Shown here piece after piece: positions 1-9,729 of a DNA stretch of 20,000 bases. A program made the position numbers and the translations under genes. The stretch is from positions 73,439,546-73,459,545 of the forward strand of contig NC_057719.1 in assembly GCF_004010195.1 (NCBI RefSeq), given 5' to 3'. The notes below the pieces were generated by a model that was not told the DNA's origin, did not search any database, and saw only the letters and a list, made by a program, of their open reading frames with translations. This DNA is from Chiloscyllium plagiosum. Its lineage: Eukaryota. Position 1 is the first letter of the stretch. The number at the start of each line of letters is the position of its first letter.

Positions 1-10
1 TTATTTACAG

Positions 11-88
11 GGAATTTTTCTGGTGTATGATATTACCAGTGAACGCTCCTTTCAGCATATTATGAAATGGGCCAGTGATGTTGATGAG
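11..88 (+). CDS. RAB15: Rab GTPase RAB15, internal coding exon (GIFLVYDITSERSFQHIMKWASDVDE)
   Basis: Acceptor ttatttacAG ends at 10 and donor GTaag starts at 89. Phase 0, 26 codons. Closely matches recalled human RAB15 GIFLVYDISSERSYQHIMKWVSDVDE. Confidence 0.96.
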
Positions 89-213
89 GTAAGAGACAAA
101 GTGACTATGCATAATTTTATCTTTGAATAAACGTTAAGACTGTAGGAAAAGCATTATCTATGTTTAATTAGTTACAGTACTCACATTGTATTTCTTCATC
201 ACCCTACCCCAAG

Positions 214-303
214 TATGCTCCTGAAGGTGTTCAGAAAATTCTCATAGCCAACAAAGCTGATGAGGAACAGAAAAGACAAGTGAGTGCTGAACAAGGTCAA
301 AAA
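214..303 (+). CDS. RAB15: RAB15 coding exon with G4 NKxD motif (YAPEGVQKILIANKADEEQKRQVSAEQGQK)
   Basis: Acceptor ccccaAG ends at 213 and donor GTaagt starts at 304. 30 codons, in frame with the neighbouring exons. NKAD is the guanine-specificity motif. Confidence 0.96.
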
Positions 304-427
304 GTAAGTATTCACCGTCATTTACGTTCCTATTCCATTCAATGTGTGTTCTACTTGTAATATCATATAAGTTTAGCTGATATTTCATCCCAAACCATTT
401 TTTTGACAAAGAAACTAAAGAACCGAG

Positions 428-900
428 GATGCTGGAAATTAGAAACAAAAATTGCTGGAAAAACTCAAGCAGGTCTGGCAGCATCTGTAGAGAGAAAGTG
501 GAGTTAATATTTTGGGTTACGTAACCCTTCTTCAGAACAGTTCTGAGCAGCAGAAGAAACCGCTGGTTAAACTCAGCAGCTCAGAACTGTTTTGAAGAAT
601 GGTTACTTAACACAAAATCAGAGTGGTGCTGGAAAAGTACAGCCGGTCAGGCAGCATCCGAGGAGCAGGAAAATCGACATTTCAGGCAAAAGCTCTTCAT
701 CAAGAAAGGCCCGAAACATCGGATGCTGCCTGACCTGCTGTGCTTTTCCAGCACTACTCTAATCTTGACTCTAATCTCAAGCATCTGCAGTACCCACCTC
801 TTCCTAGCTGACTTAACCCAAAATGTTAGCCCCACTTTCTCTCTACAGATGCTGCTAGACCTGCTTGAGCTTTTCCAACAGTTTCTGCTTTTTGTTTCAT
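428..900. mobile_element. Penelope-like (PLE) terminal-repeat-derived palindromic element, family A, in a RAB15 intron; interrupted by a nested family B element
   Basis: Left arm ~428-546 is the reverse complement of ~581-618 joined to ~825-900 (e.g. gcaggtctggcagcatctgtagagagaaagtgg vs ccactttctctctacagatgctgctagacctgc). The same motifs flank the GIY-YIG fragment at 17.6-19.0 kb. Confidence 0.75.
619..810. mobile_element. PLE-derived palindromic element, family B, nested insertion with 14-bp TSD
   Basis: Inverted arms agagtggtgctggaaaag...gcagcatccga / tcggatgctgcc...cttttccagcactactct. Flanked by ACTTAACACAAAAT (605-618) and ACTTAACCCAAAAT (811-824), 13/14 identical. Confidence 0.8.
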
Positions 901-1453
901 TTCTCTTGGCAGTTTATTCTCAGCAGTAATTTGCCTTGCACGCTCTGGGACAAGGTCAGAATGTCGGTCCCAAACTATTTGACTTTACTCTGAACTAGCA
1001 GTCTAGTCAGCAGTATTAACTGGTGCCTATAATCTGTAAAATAGAGGTTAATACTATAACTGATAAATTTACATTCTTTGTACTTGGTGATATTGCCGTT
1101 TTTAGGGGAGGAACATGTCTAACATAAAAGCAGAAATACTCTGAAGACAGATTGAATGCTGCTGGACTCACTATTTAAAGACACCACACAATACATTCCA
1201 ACAAAGATTGAGTTTCCTATCCTGGTTCCTTTATCAGTGTGTGTAAAACACAATATCATCTGTGCTAGGTTGGGGTATCCAGGATTATAAATCTCTGGTA
1301 TTGGAGTAGTAACAAACTGTTCTGATTGAATGGTACAAAGGGCAGAATAGCTTACGCCTGTTCTGATATGTAACACCATAAATTAAGAATGTGCTGTATA
1401 ATTTAGGAATCACTACCTGGTTTTAAAAGTTCTATTAACACTTGCTTCCACAG

Positions 1454-1519
1454 CTTGCAAAAGAATATGGAATGGACTTCTTCGAAACAAGTGCCTGCAC
1501 CAATTATAATATTAAAGAG
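1454..1519 (+). CDS. RAB15: RAB15 coding exon with G5 motif (LAKEYGMDFFETSACTNYNIKE)
   Basis: Acceptor cttccacAG ends at 1453 and donor GTcagt starts at 1520. 22 codons. ETSAC in place of ETSAK is characteristic of RAB15. Confidence 0.96.
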
Positions 1520-1789
1520 GTCAGTGCAAGCATTACAATCACAGAAATGTAAATATTTGTAGCACAGAGAGAGGCAATTTGGCATGTTGTATCTTTTCCC
1601 ATGCCCTCCCAGTATAATCTAAAATTAATCTCACTATGTTACTTGCTTCCCAAATCTCCCAACCACAACCAATTGGAAAGAAATTCCTCCTAAGCTTCTT
1701 ATCGTCTGAGTAGCTGTTTTAAATTTACTAATCATTGCCAACCTTTTTTTCTGCTTCTGAGGCCAAGATGAGTCCACCATGGTTATCTC

Positions 1790-1846
1790 AAATGATGGAG
1801 CAGGCTCAAATGGGCTGAATTTCTAACTTTGCTCCTAGTATTTATG
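1790..1846 (+). repeat. CR1-type LINE/SINE 3' tail fragment
   Basis: aatgatggagcaggctcaaatgggctgaat...gctcctagtatttatg resembles the recalled fish/shark CR1 3' tail (gaatggcggagcaggctcgaagggccgaatggcctactcctgctcct). Confidence 0.5.
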
Positions 1847-2461
1847 CACCTTGTAATTACAGTTCTCCATCCCTGATATTATTGTTGACTATGAACACTG
1901 AAAATCTAAACTTAATTGTAAATATTGAATGTAAAATATGAATATTTTGTAATTGAATGTGTTAATTAAATTATCCATTAATTATATTGTCTGTTAGACT
2001 TTTTAAAGGAAAATATATAACAACACCACTTATAATAGAACCAAACATGTGTATAACATAGGAGATAGTTTGGCACTTTTGTTTATGCTAATCTTTGTAA
2101 GCCATTGACCAGGTTATGAACTAGGCTTCGTGTACAGCAAGTAAGATGCCAATTATTTAATCCCCAATTATAACCTATCTAAACTCACATGACAATTCAT
2201 TCTTTTACATTGATGTTATCTTTCAATAAAGTCACTCAAGTGACTTAGCACCCATAAATGAAAGCTTTTTTCAAGAATAAATATTGCTTTAGCAGAGAAT
2301 TGTTTCCCCTCTCTCGTCCTTTGAATATTGCAGTGAGATTTTGTTTAATGTGCATGATGAAACATATATGTACATATGTAAGTTTAATTTCAGGTAAAAA
2401 GCGCAAGTTGAATTGTTGCATTTGTAATGTTGTGGTATTTTGGCATGTTCTTATTCCACAG

Positions 2462-2620
2462 TCATTTACTAGACTGACAGAACTAGTGTTACAGGCCCAC
2501 AAGAAGGAGTTAGATGGGCTTCGACTATCAACCCCTGATGAACTTAGTATTGCTGATTTAGAGGAGGATGACAGCAAAATTGAAGGGACGAGTAACTCAC
2601 AGAAAGTTTGCTGGTGCTAG
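2462..2620 (+). CDS. RAB15: RAB15 terminal coding exon (SFTRLTELVLQAHKKELDG...NSQKVCWC*), CXC geranylgeranylation motif
   Basis: Acceptor ttccacAG ends at 2461. 52 codons plus TAG. Matches recalled human SFTRLTELVLQAHRKELEGLR...KTCWC. Confidence 0.97.
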   Translation, partial: SFTRLTELVLQAHKKELDGLRLSTPDELSIADLEEDDSKIEGTSNSQKVCWC

Positions 2621-4386
2621 AAACGGAGCCAAACAAAATCCAGTTCAGCGGTCTGAATCATGCCTCAAGACCTGGTTGCCTGCTGTTATTTTGTGCCACC
2701 TTAAATATTCACACGAATCCTGCTTCTCTCTGGAGTTGGACTGATTCTTCCAGCTGATTCAAATAGGTGTTGTATTTTTGTCCCAGCTCTGTGGTTCAAC
2801 CACGTCTTGGACCTGGCTTGTGTGCTGTGCATTTTGTACAGTTACTGTGCTGTAATTTGTGTTCAGGTGCTCAACTGATGGTTCAGTAGCCTGGTTTCTA
2901 CAAGACTGCTGTTTCAGTATTTGTTTTCTATGTGGACAGCCCTTCCAGACTTTGTGACACCATTGTTTTCGCAATTAGATACTTATCATTACAATTGCCC
3001 GGATTTCCCCTTTTTGTGTAATTAATAAGTAGTTTCTTCAGTATGCTTTTAAAATATTTTTAGCCAAGCTCAATAAAAGTGCTCTGTTTGTCACCTTTGC
3101 TGCTCAATTAAGAATTTTTGAACCCAGCATGATTATTACATCTTGCTCAATTTAGAAATTCAACTTAAGCTTGAGATTATGACTCCTGAAACAGAACATG
3201 TTATTGTGGACACTGTCAAAAGGTGATTTTATCAATTTCAATTTTTTTGTATCTTGAAACATTGTTGTGAAATAAGCATTATCTCTCTTGTGTATTCTAA
3301 GACTTGCACTGCCCTGCTAGGTTCATGATCTAAGTGATGCTTTTGATTGATTTGACATAATAGTTACAAAGCTGTGTTCAGTTTTACTTTTATTTTGTCA
3401 TTTGATTCAAAAATATCCAATACTGACTAAATTGATAGATGATTGTTGCTTGGGGTAAGTAATGACTGATACACCTTTCTCTCATTCATCACAATTGACT
3501 GTGCCAGAAACAGAGAATTAAACTATTTTCTAAGTGACAAACTATGTAACGAAACCAGTATTCCATCCAAATTCCATTTCATTGCAAGTTTTACTTTACA
3601 GTCCTTGTGAAATTAATGATTTTTCTTTTGCACTTTAACATTTTGAATGAAGAATTACTATAAAAATGAGTAATTAGAATTTTCAAGGATGAATATTCTA
3701 TGCATTGAATTCTATAGTTATGATTGTTTGTGAATTCCTTTTTAATATCAGCATCACAAACTTCGAAGAACAATATCCCTTTTGCAGTAAAGTGACAGAG
3801 GTTAGATATGTTTTCAGTGGAAACAGACTGGTGTTGCAAAGAAAACAGCAAGAATTCCTATTAAGTACTCGTAAATAAAATTGTATTCTCAGACATTGCA
3901 TGTTTGAATGGTTAGTGCAGCATCATTTGGCTAAGAACCCAAATGAGGCATATCCTGTTTCAAATAAATTAGGATTTGGCTACCTCAGTGATATAGTATT
4001 GCAGTGTGGTGATGTTAACATTTCTTCATAACTGCGAATACTGTTGTTCAGTTCACAGCCTGTGTCAATTACTTTCCTCTCAGTGGTAGAATGCAACATC
4101 CATGATAAAGGTTGAAGTAATTATGTGATTTACAGAGATTTGAACCTGATGTTTTGAATATTTGTGCTTTTAGCTTTTTTCCTCTTGTAATCAAAGATTG
4201 TATGAACATAACGATTGCCCAATGTACTTCACTCTGCCTGGAAGAGTCAAATGAATGTGATATGCTGATTAAAGCATCTTAATTTTCTTAATTACTGTAT
4301 TTGTGAAGGAAAACATAGAATTTGACTGAAATTAATTATAATTACCTGCTATTGAAAAACCATGATTTTATTCACAGATGTCTACA

Positions 4387-4392
4387 AATAAA
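4387..4392 (+). other. Candidate RAB15 polyadenylation signal (other AATAAA at 3072, 3874, 3963)
   Basis: Last AATAAA of the apparently repeat-free AT-rich stretch (2621-~4450) after the stop codon. The site actually used cannot be determined from sequence. Confidence 0.35.
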
Positions 4393-4533
4393 TTTCATCA
4401 AGGGTTTAATTGTGCTACTATGTCAATATACCAGAGTATTTGACTTAATATCACAACAGTTTTCAATCTTGGTCTGTCTATGAAAGCATCTTGCCATCTG
4501 TTCTTGTACATGAATTGTCTGTTGAAATGCTCA

Positions 4534-4752
4534 GTCTAGATTAGAGTAGTGCTGGAAAAGCACAGCAGGTCAGGCAGCATTCAAGGAGCAGGAAAATCGA
4601 TGTTTTGTGCAAAAGCCCTTCATGATGAAGGGCTTTTGCCCAAAACCTCGATTTCCCTGCTCCTCAGATGCTGCCTAACCTGCTGTGCTTTTCCAGCACC
4701 ACTCTAATCTGGACTCTGGTTTCCAGCAACTGCAGTCCTTGTTTTTACCTTA
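4534..4752. mobile_element. PLE-derived palindromic element, family B, with 12-bp TSD
   Basis: 91-bp inverted arms 4533-4623 and 4625-4715 (about 9 mismatches by manual comparison) plus an unpaired tail to ~4750. TSD TTGAAATGCTCA at 4522-4533 and 4753-4764. Confidence 0.85.
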
Positions 4753-5179
4753 TTGAAATGCTCAATCTGTTTAACTCATTGCTAGAGTCTTACTGAAAAG
4801 TGCAGTGCTCAGAAATATTTGTGCATCTATTGACATCTGTACACTGAATTATACCACCATTTCATCTATACAATCCTTTAGTTCCATAAAAGATTTAAGT
4901 ATTGGCTTGCGCTGCATGTGTTGAAACCTTAAGTGACTCGCTCTCGTAGTTTCCTAATGATCTATCTCTGTTTGAACATTTGGTTAAAATGCTATTATGC
5001 ATGCTACATTATGTGTATACATTCTTGTGCAGAAAGCTGAACTGTTTCATTGTACAAGACAGTGTGACCCCTAAAAATTGTACTTAGAGTTGTAAATAGG
5101 GTGTATCAGTAATTCCACGCATAACAATTTCATTAAGAATTCCAGGGCTGAATGAATGGAAGAGATGTAACATCTAATT

Positions 5180-5660
5180 TTTGGGCATAGAATACAAAAT
5201 ACAGACATTTTGCTGAACCAGTATAAAGCATTCGTTCAGCCCAGTTGAATCTTGTATTCAGTTCTTCCATGAGAAAGATGTAAAAACTTTGGAAAGGATA
5301 CACAAAACTAATTTACTAGAATAGCTCCAGGGGATAAAGAAATACTTTTAAATGAATAGACTGGAAAAGTTGGGATAGAATAGAGCAGGTTATGAAAAAA
5401 AATGATTCTGATGTTTAATTCTGTCTGAAACCATACATTATTTTAAAGAGAAACAGTTTCTGAACGTTGAAGGATTAGTAACCAGGAGACACACCTAAGA
5501 TGATCCACCAGAGAACCTGAGGGGACAGGAGGAAAAACTTTCGATGCAATATGTAACCAGTTCGGATTTGTCATATGGTAATAGGTGCAACTTCAGTAAT
5601 AGTATCTGACAGAATGAATAAACGAAGGAAATAACATGCAGCAGAAAGTGACGGGGCAGA
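5180..5660 (+). mobile_element. Highly decayed CR1-type LINE, ORF2 3' end
   Basis: Fragments reading GIEYK / LLNQYKAFVQP / KDVKTLERI / FTRIAPG / RLEKLG resemble the CR1 ORF2 C-terminus, with many indels. Confidence 0.65.
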
Positions 5661-6261
5661 AGTGAAAAATTACTTCAGCATTCACTGAATGAGAAGATGA
5701 CATTTGTCGCTGAAATCCATGTATTTTATCATAGAAGCTTGTGCAACAATTGCCCTCTTTCCCCAAAACAGAGTTTACCTACAATGTGAATGCATTCAGA
5801 AAGACTCGTGTTCATCGGAGCTTAGTTGTAAACGTGAACAAAATTGAACATTAACTTATTTGTTTTCCAGCAAAATATCTTGTTTCATTCCAGACTAAAT
5901 TTAATCAACAAAGTTGATTAAAAGCCTAGGCTTCAAATCAAGTGTACAATGCAGCTTTAGTCTGATTGTTTTGTTTTCTTATTAAATATTAATCCCTTTG
6001 GTGCCATTAGTCTGAATCAGAGAATTGCAGCGATACCTGAAGCGTGTAACCTAATTCCCAGGCCTTGACGGTTAACGCCCAGTAAGTATAAAGACAGAAA
6101 CCAATGGGAGATGAGTATTGTCGATTGCTTAAGTATTTTCACCGAGCTCAAAAATAACTAGTTGGTTTAGTTCGACAAAAGAACCTTTAATTACAGCAAA
6201 CAATTTTAATCAGTGCACTAAACTGGAACACATGTTAACAGTCATCTAGAGTCACCACTTG

Positions 6262-6527
6262 ATTTAGTCCCTACCCTCCCCTTCACTGTTTTGATCACAC
6301 AGCACTGCCCTTGATGTGAAGGGCAGTGCTTGTCACTGGCCACCTGGGTGTTTTCCTTTCTTCCTGGTGGTGGAAATTGAATAAAGATTTGTGCACCTTG
6401 TGTCTCACACTGTGTCTCACACTTACACCATGGGTGCTGGGGAAAAATAAGCACTACCGCGGTTAGGCGGTAGTGTGGGGGTTAAAAAAGAAAAAAAAAC
6501 AGGAGTGTTCCCATCCAAAAAGAAAAA
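6262..6527 (+). mobile_element. 5'-truncated non-LTR retrotransposon 3' end (probably L1/Tx1-like) with A-rich tail and 15-bp TSD
   Basis: Perfect TSD TAGAGTCACCACTTG at 6247-6261 and 6528-6542. Internal AATAAA at 6380-6385. A-rich tracts at 6484-6499 and 6517-6527. Hairpins at 6301-6330 and 6452-6475. The clade assignment is inference. Confidence 0.8.
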
Positions 6528-7068
6528 TAGAGTCACCACTTGTAGTCCCTGTTGACCATACAGGTTATGTGTAAAAAGGTTGTTTCGATGACACTGGGGA
6601 ACCTGTCCACATCAGAATGGAAAGTGATGCATTAAGCACCTTTGATTTAATTCATTTCTGATGACTGAACAAATGTTGACGGAACTGCCTTGTTAAAACT
6701 ATTCTTTAGAAAGGATGACTTAAAATTCCCACTTATGTCTAAATCAAGCCCACAAAACTGCTGAGGCTATGTGTTAATTAAATTTGGAATTTCAATGTAT
6801 TTTTTGGTTTCGGGTAGTCTTGGTTCGCTTTTGCGGAAGTGTTAATTTACCGCACTTTTCACAAGACGGTTGTGCAGACAAATAATCTGCCTCTTCCAAA
6901 TTTGGTTTGTTTAAAACATGACCAGTTATGAAACATTCTTAAGTCCCGCCTAACAGAGGAGTGTCAGATTTTGATTCTCGTGGGGAGTAGTCTAAAAATC
7001 CTCACCAGTATCTGAGGTCAACCTGTTTCCTGCTATTCTGGATAATTAAGTATTCCAACCTCTGGAAA

Positions 7069-7121
7069 GGGAGGGGCTAAATTTTCGCACAGTCATTGCT
7101 CAGAGACAGAACTCTTTATAG
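7069..7121 (+). promoter_or_regulatory. GPX2: GPX2 proximal promoter: GC box (7069-7077), ARE (7087-7096, minus strand), TATA-like TTTATAG (7115-7121)
   Basis: GGGAGGGGC; GCACAGTCAT, whose reverse complement ATGACTGTGC fits RTGACnnnGC; TTTATA about 80 bp upstream of the ATG. Confidence 0.6.
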
Positions 7122-7197
7122 TTGTAGTCAGGTGGCTGTTAGCTGCCGTTGGATGAGTGCTGTCCCTCAGCGAGTCTGCACTCGGTTGTTTTGCACC

Positions 7198-7419
7198 ATG
7201 GCTCAGAGCATCAAGTCATTCTACGACCTCAGCGCCGTCACCCTGGCCGGGGAAAAGCTGGACTTCAATGTCTTCAGGGGCAAGGTGGTCCTGATCGAGA
7301 ACGTGGCCTCTCTCTGAGGCACGACCACAAGGGATTTCACCCAGCTCAACGAGCTCCAGAGTCGCCACCCGAACCGCTTCGTTGTGCTGGGTTTCCCTTG
7401 TAACCAATTCGGGCACCAG
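7198..7419 (+). CDS. GPX2: Glutathione peroxidase 2 (selenoprotein), coding exon 1: [74 protein letters not shown]
   Basis: Strong Kozak context gcaccATGg. GPx signatures ENVASLUGTT and [11 protein letters not shown]. In-frame TGA at codon 40, as in human GPX2. Donor CAG/GTgag at 7420. Confidence 0.97.
7315..7317 (+). other. GPX2: In-frame UGA selenocysteine codon (Sec40, catalytic)
   Basis: GPx homology continues unbroken in the same frame after the TGA, and a SECIS is present in the 3'UTR. Confidence 0.97.
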
Positions 7420-8181
7420 GTGAGAGAGTCCGCAAACCAGCTGAGTTATGGTAACATATGCTACCAATCCCCGCTCCTTTTAACGTAAAGTGAACTCGCT
7501 CGATTTAACCGAGACATTTTAGCGCAAACCTACTTATTATGTTCAAGTCTATGCTTATTTTTAAACCCGTGGTCATTTTCTCTGACTTCATTCAGTGGCT
7601 GTTCTGGGGGTTGGTTAGTTGTGCACTTTCGAGCGGAAATTCTGAGCGCACCCTCGTGTTTTATTTAGTGCTCCTTTTTTTAAAAAGGCTGGGTTTCACT
7701 TCAACTATCACCATGGAAAATTACTGGAGCGATTCTGAACATGGTCTCATTAGCCTGGCGTCGCCCTTTTGGGGATCGGTGTCTGGGCCAGAGAACCCTG
7801 TTCGGGGGAGTGGGGGTTTGGAGCCTGGGTTTTTGTTTCTGCACTATCTCCTCGATCTGGGCATGGACTGCAACACCCAGAGCAACCTATCGCCTTCCAT
7901 GTTTAAAGAGTGCATTTAAAATTTGTTAAATATTGAATCGTTACACTCCAAATGTTTTTCCTTTGTACATCGTAATCGCTAATGGCTGTCGTCCAAGCCC
8001 ATGATAAAATGTTTGTGGTTTTGTTTTACTGGAATGGAAATGCTTCTTCCCATGAACTTTTAACATTCATCTTGGAGGGAGAGAGTTGAATATCCTTTTA
8101 ATGTATACAATGTTTCTTGATATTGGAGCTTTAGACTGGGAATAAATTACTTCACAAACAGGTCAGCAAAGTTGGAAATTT

Positions 8182-8302
8182 AACCGGAGCACCCAGAGGA
8201 AACCCACGCAGACACTGGGAGAATGTACAAACTCCACAGTCGCCCGAGGCTGGAATCGAACCTGAAACTCTGGTGCTGAGGCAACAGTGCTAACCACTGA
8301 GC
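8182..8302 (-). mobile_element. tRNA-derived SINE fragment (V-SINE/HE1-like) in the GPX2 intron
   Basis: Minus strand has A-box-like GCTCAGTGGTTAG, B-box GGTTCGATTCC (8252-8262) and a V-SINE-like core GGAGTTTGTACATTCTCCCAGTGTCTGCGTGGGTTTCCTCTGGGTGCTCCGGTT. Confidence 0.85.
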
Positions 8303-8469
8303 TCTGCTGAGCAACAATGTGGTTAGATAGTATTCACATCCCTTATGTCGTGTTTGGCCCTAATGAAATTTCAAACTTATATTCATGCCATCACAAAAAC
8401 CCATCGTTTTTTTTTAACCACTGTATCATTCCAACTTCACTCTTATCTCTGCTTACCAAGTAATAGCTA

Positions 8470-8930
8470 TGCAGCATGGAAACAACCCTTTGGTCCAACA
8501 TGAAAAGTTTAGATTATTCTGAACTGATAGTTTAATTTGCCAGTATTTGGTTCATACTGCTCTAAACCCTTCCTATTCATATACCTATCCAGGGGCCTTT
8601 TAAATGATATAATTGTACCTGCCTCTACCACCTCTGGCAGCTCTTTCCATGCATGCACCCACCCTCTGTGTTACCCCTCCGGTTTCTTTTCAATCTTTCC
8701 CCTCTCTCCTTAAACCTACAGCCTTTAGTTTTGTGGACTCACGTCTCCTCCCCCTGGGAAAAAGACCTTGGCTCTTTTCGTGATCCATGCCCTTCATGAT
8801 TTAATAAACCCCTCAGATCATCCCTCAGTCTCTAATGCTTCAGGGAAAAAAAAACCAGTCTATTCAGCCTCTCCTCTAGCTCAAACCCTTCAATCCTAGC
8901 AACATCTTTGTAAAACTTTTCTGAACCTTG
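8470..8930 (-). mobile_element. CR1-type LINE 3' fragment
   Basis: Reverse complement resembles the CR1 ORF2 end and 3'UTR (ggttcagaaaagttttacaaagatgttgctaggattgaagggtttgagct...ggaaagagctgccagaggtggtagaggcagg...gaataggaagggtttagag). Confidence 0.75.
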
Positions 8931-9234
8931 CTGAAACCCTCCTGTGCTTTTGTTATTTGCCTTTACACTTGATAGTTTCAACACCATTCTTAACTGGTCT
9001 CCCAAATACTAATCTAAATACAGTAAACTGGTTTGCCAGTGTCTTGGCTTGTAGTAAGTACTATTCCCTTTTCACCATCCTAGGAGGTATCTGCACTTTT
9101 CTATGTCTGACCTCTTGTGTCCCCAGTTTTAATTACTCCTCCATTAGTGACTATCTTCAGTTACCTTGGTTCCAAACTAGTCTACATTCTGCAACCTCAC
9201 TTTAAGATACTAATTATCACTTTGATCAAACTCT

Positions 9235-9310
9235 AATCATAGAATCAGAAATATTACAATAGTGCAGAAGGAGGCTATTTCAACCCATTGTGCCTACACC
9301 AGTGCTATAT
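9235..9310 (-). repeat. CR1-type 3' tail remnant
   Basis: aatcatagaatc...cagaaggaggctatttcaacccattg is the reverse of a CR1 tail ending in TTCTATGATT. Confidence 0.5.
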
Positions 9311-9729
9311 CTAGTTTGGCTCTATTACGTAGTGCAATCCCCTTCCACATATCCCTTCACATCCTCATTATCCAAAAATCTAGATAATGTTCTCTTATGC
9401 CTTAAAGTTCTGTCGTATTGAACCACAGCAGACCATATGACATAAGTACACCCGCAGTGAAAAAGGGAGTTCCTGAATGTGATCCGATGACTAATGGAGA
9501 ATGACAATGTATTTTGAATGAGAATGGTAGGCAGTCTGGAGGGAAACCTGTAAATGATAACATTCCTGTGGTCCTATTTTCTTTGTTTTACTAGGCAATA
9601 GAGCTTGCAGTTATGGAAGGTGCTTTTGAAGTTAATTAATTACTTGTGGATGGAAGACCTTGCTGCTACTGTGCACTGATTTGAGCTATCTGGAGGGAAT
9701 GAGTATTGATTAGCAAAACATCCACCACT

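Noticed and set aside
2258..2461. 5' part of the 120-aa ORF 2258..2620
   Set aside because: Intronic read-through; RAB15 homology starts only after the acceptor at 2461.
428..4752. Palindromic repeats as CRISPR arrays, bacterial terminators or miRNA genes
   Set aside because: Spliced vertebrate context, no repeat-spacer periodicity, and the arms match the termini of the PLE at 17.6-19 kb.
7096..7317. 73-aa ORF ending at TGA, or GPX pseudogene with a premature stop
   Set aside because: The TGA is the Sec codon; downstream homology, splice sites and the SECIS are all intact.
7302..7323. Small hairpin covering the UGA (CGT-G-GCCTC/GAGGC-ACG) as a Sec redefinition element
   Set aside because: Short, largely dictated by the VASL-U-GT codons, and it overlaps the UGA rather than lying downstream of it.
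7539..7929. 126-aa and 62-aa ORFs in the GPX2 intron
   Set aside because: No recognisable homology; compatible with chance ORFs in GC-richer island DNA.
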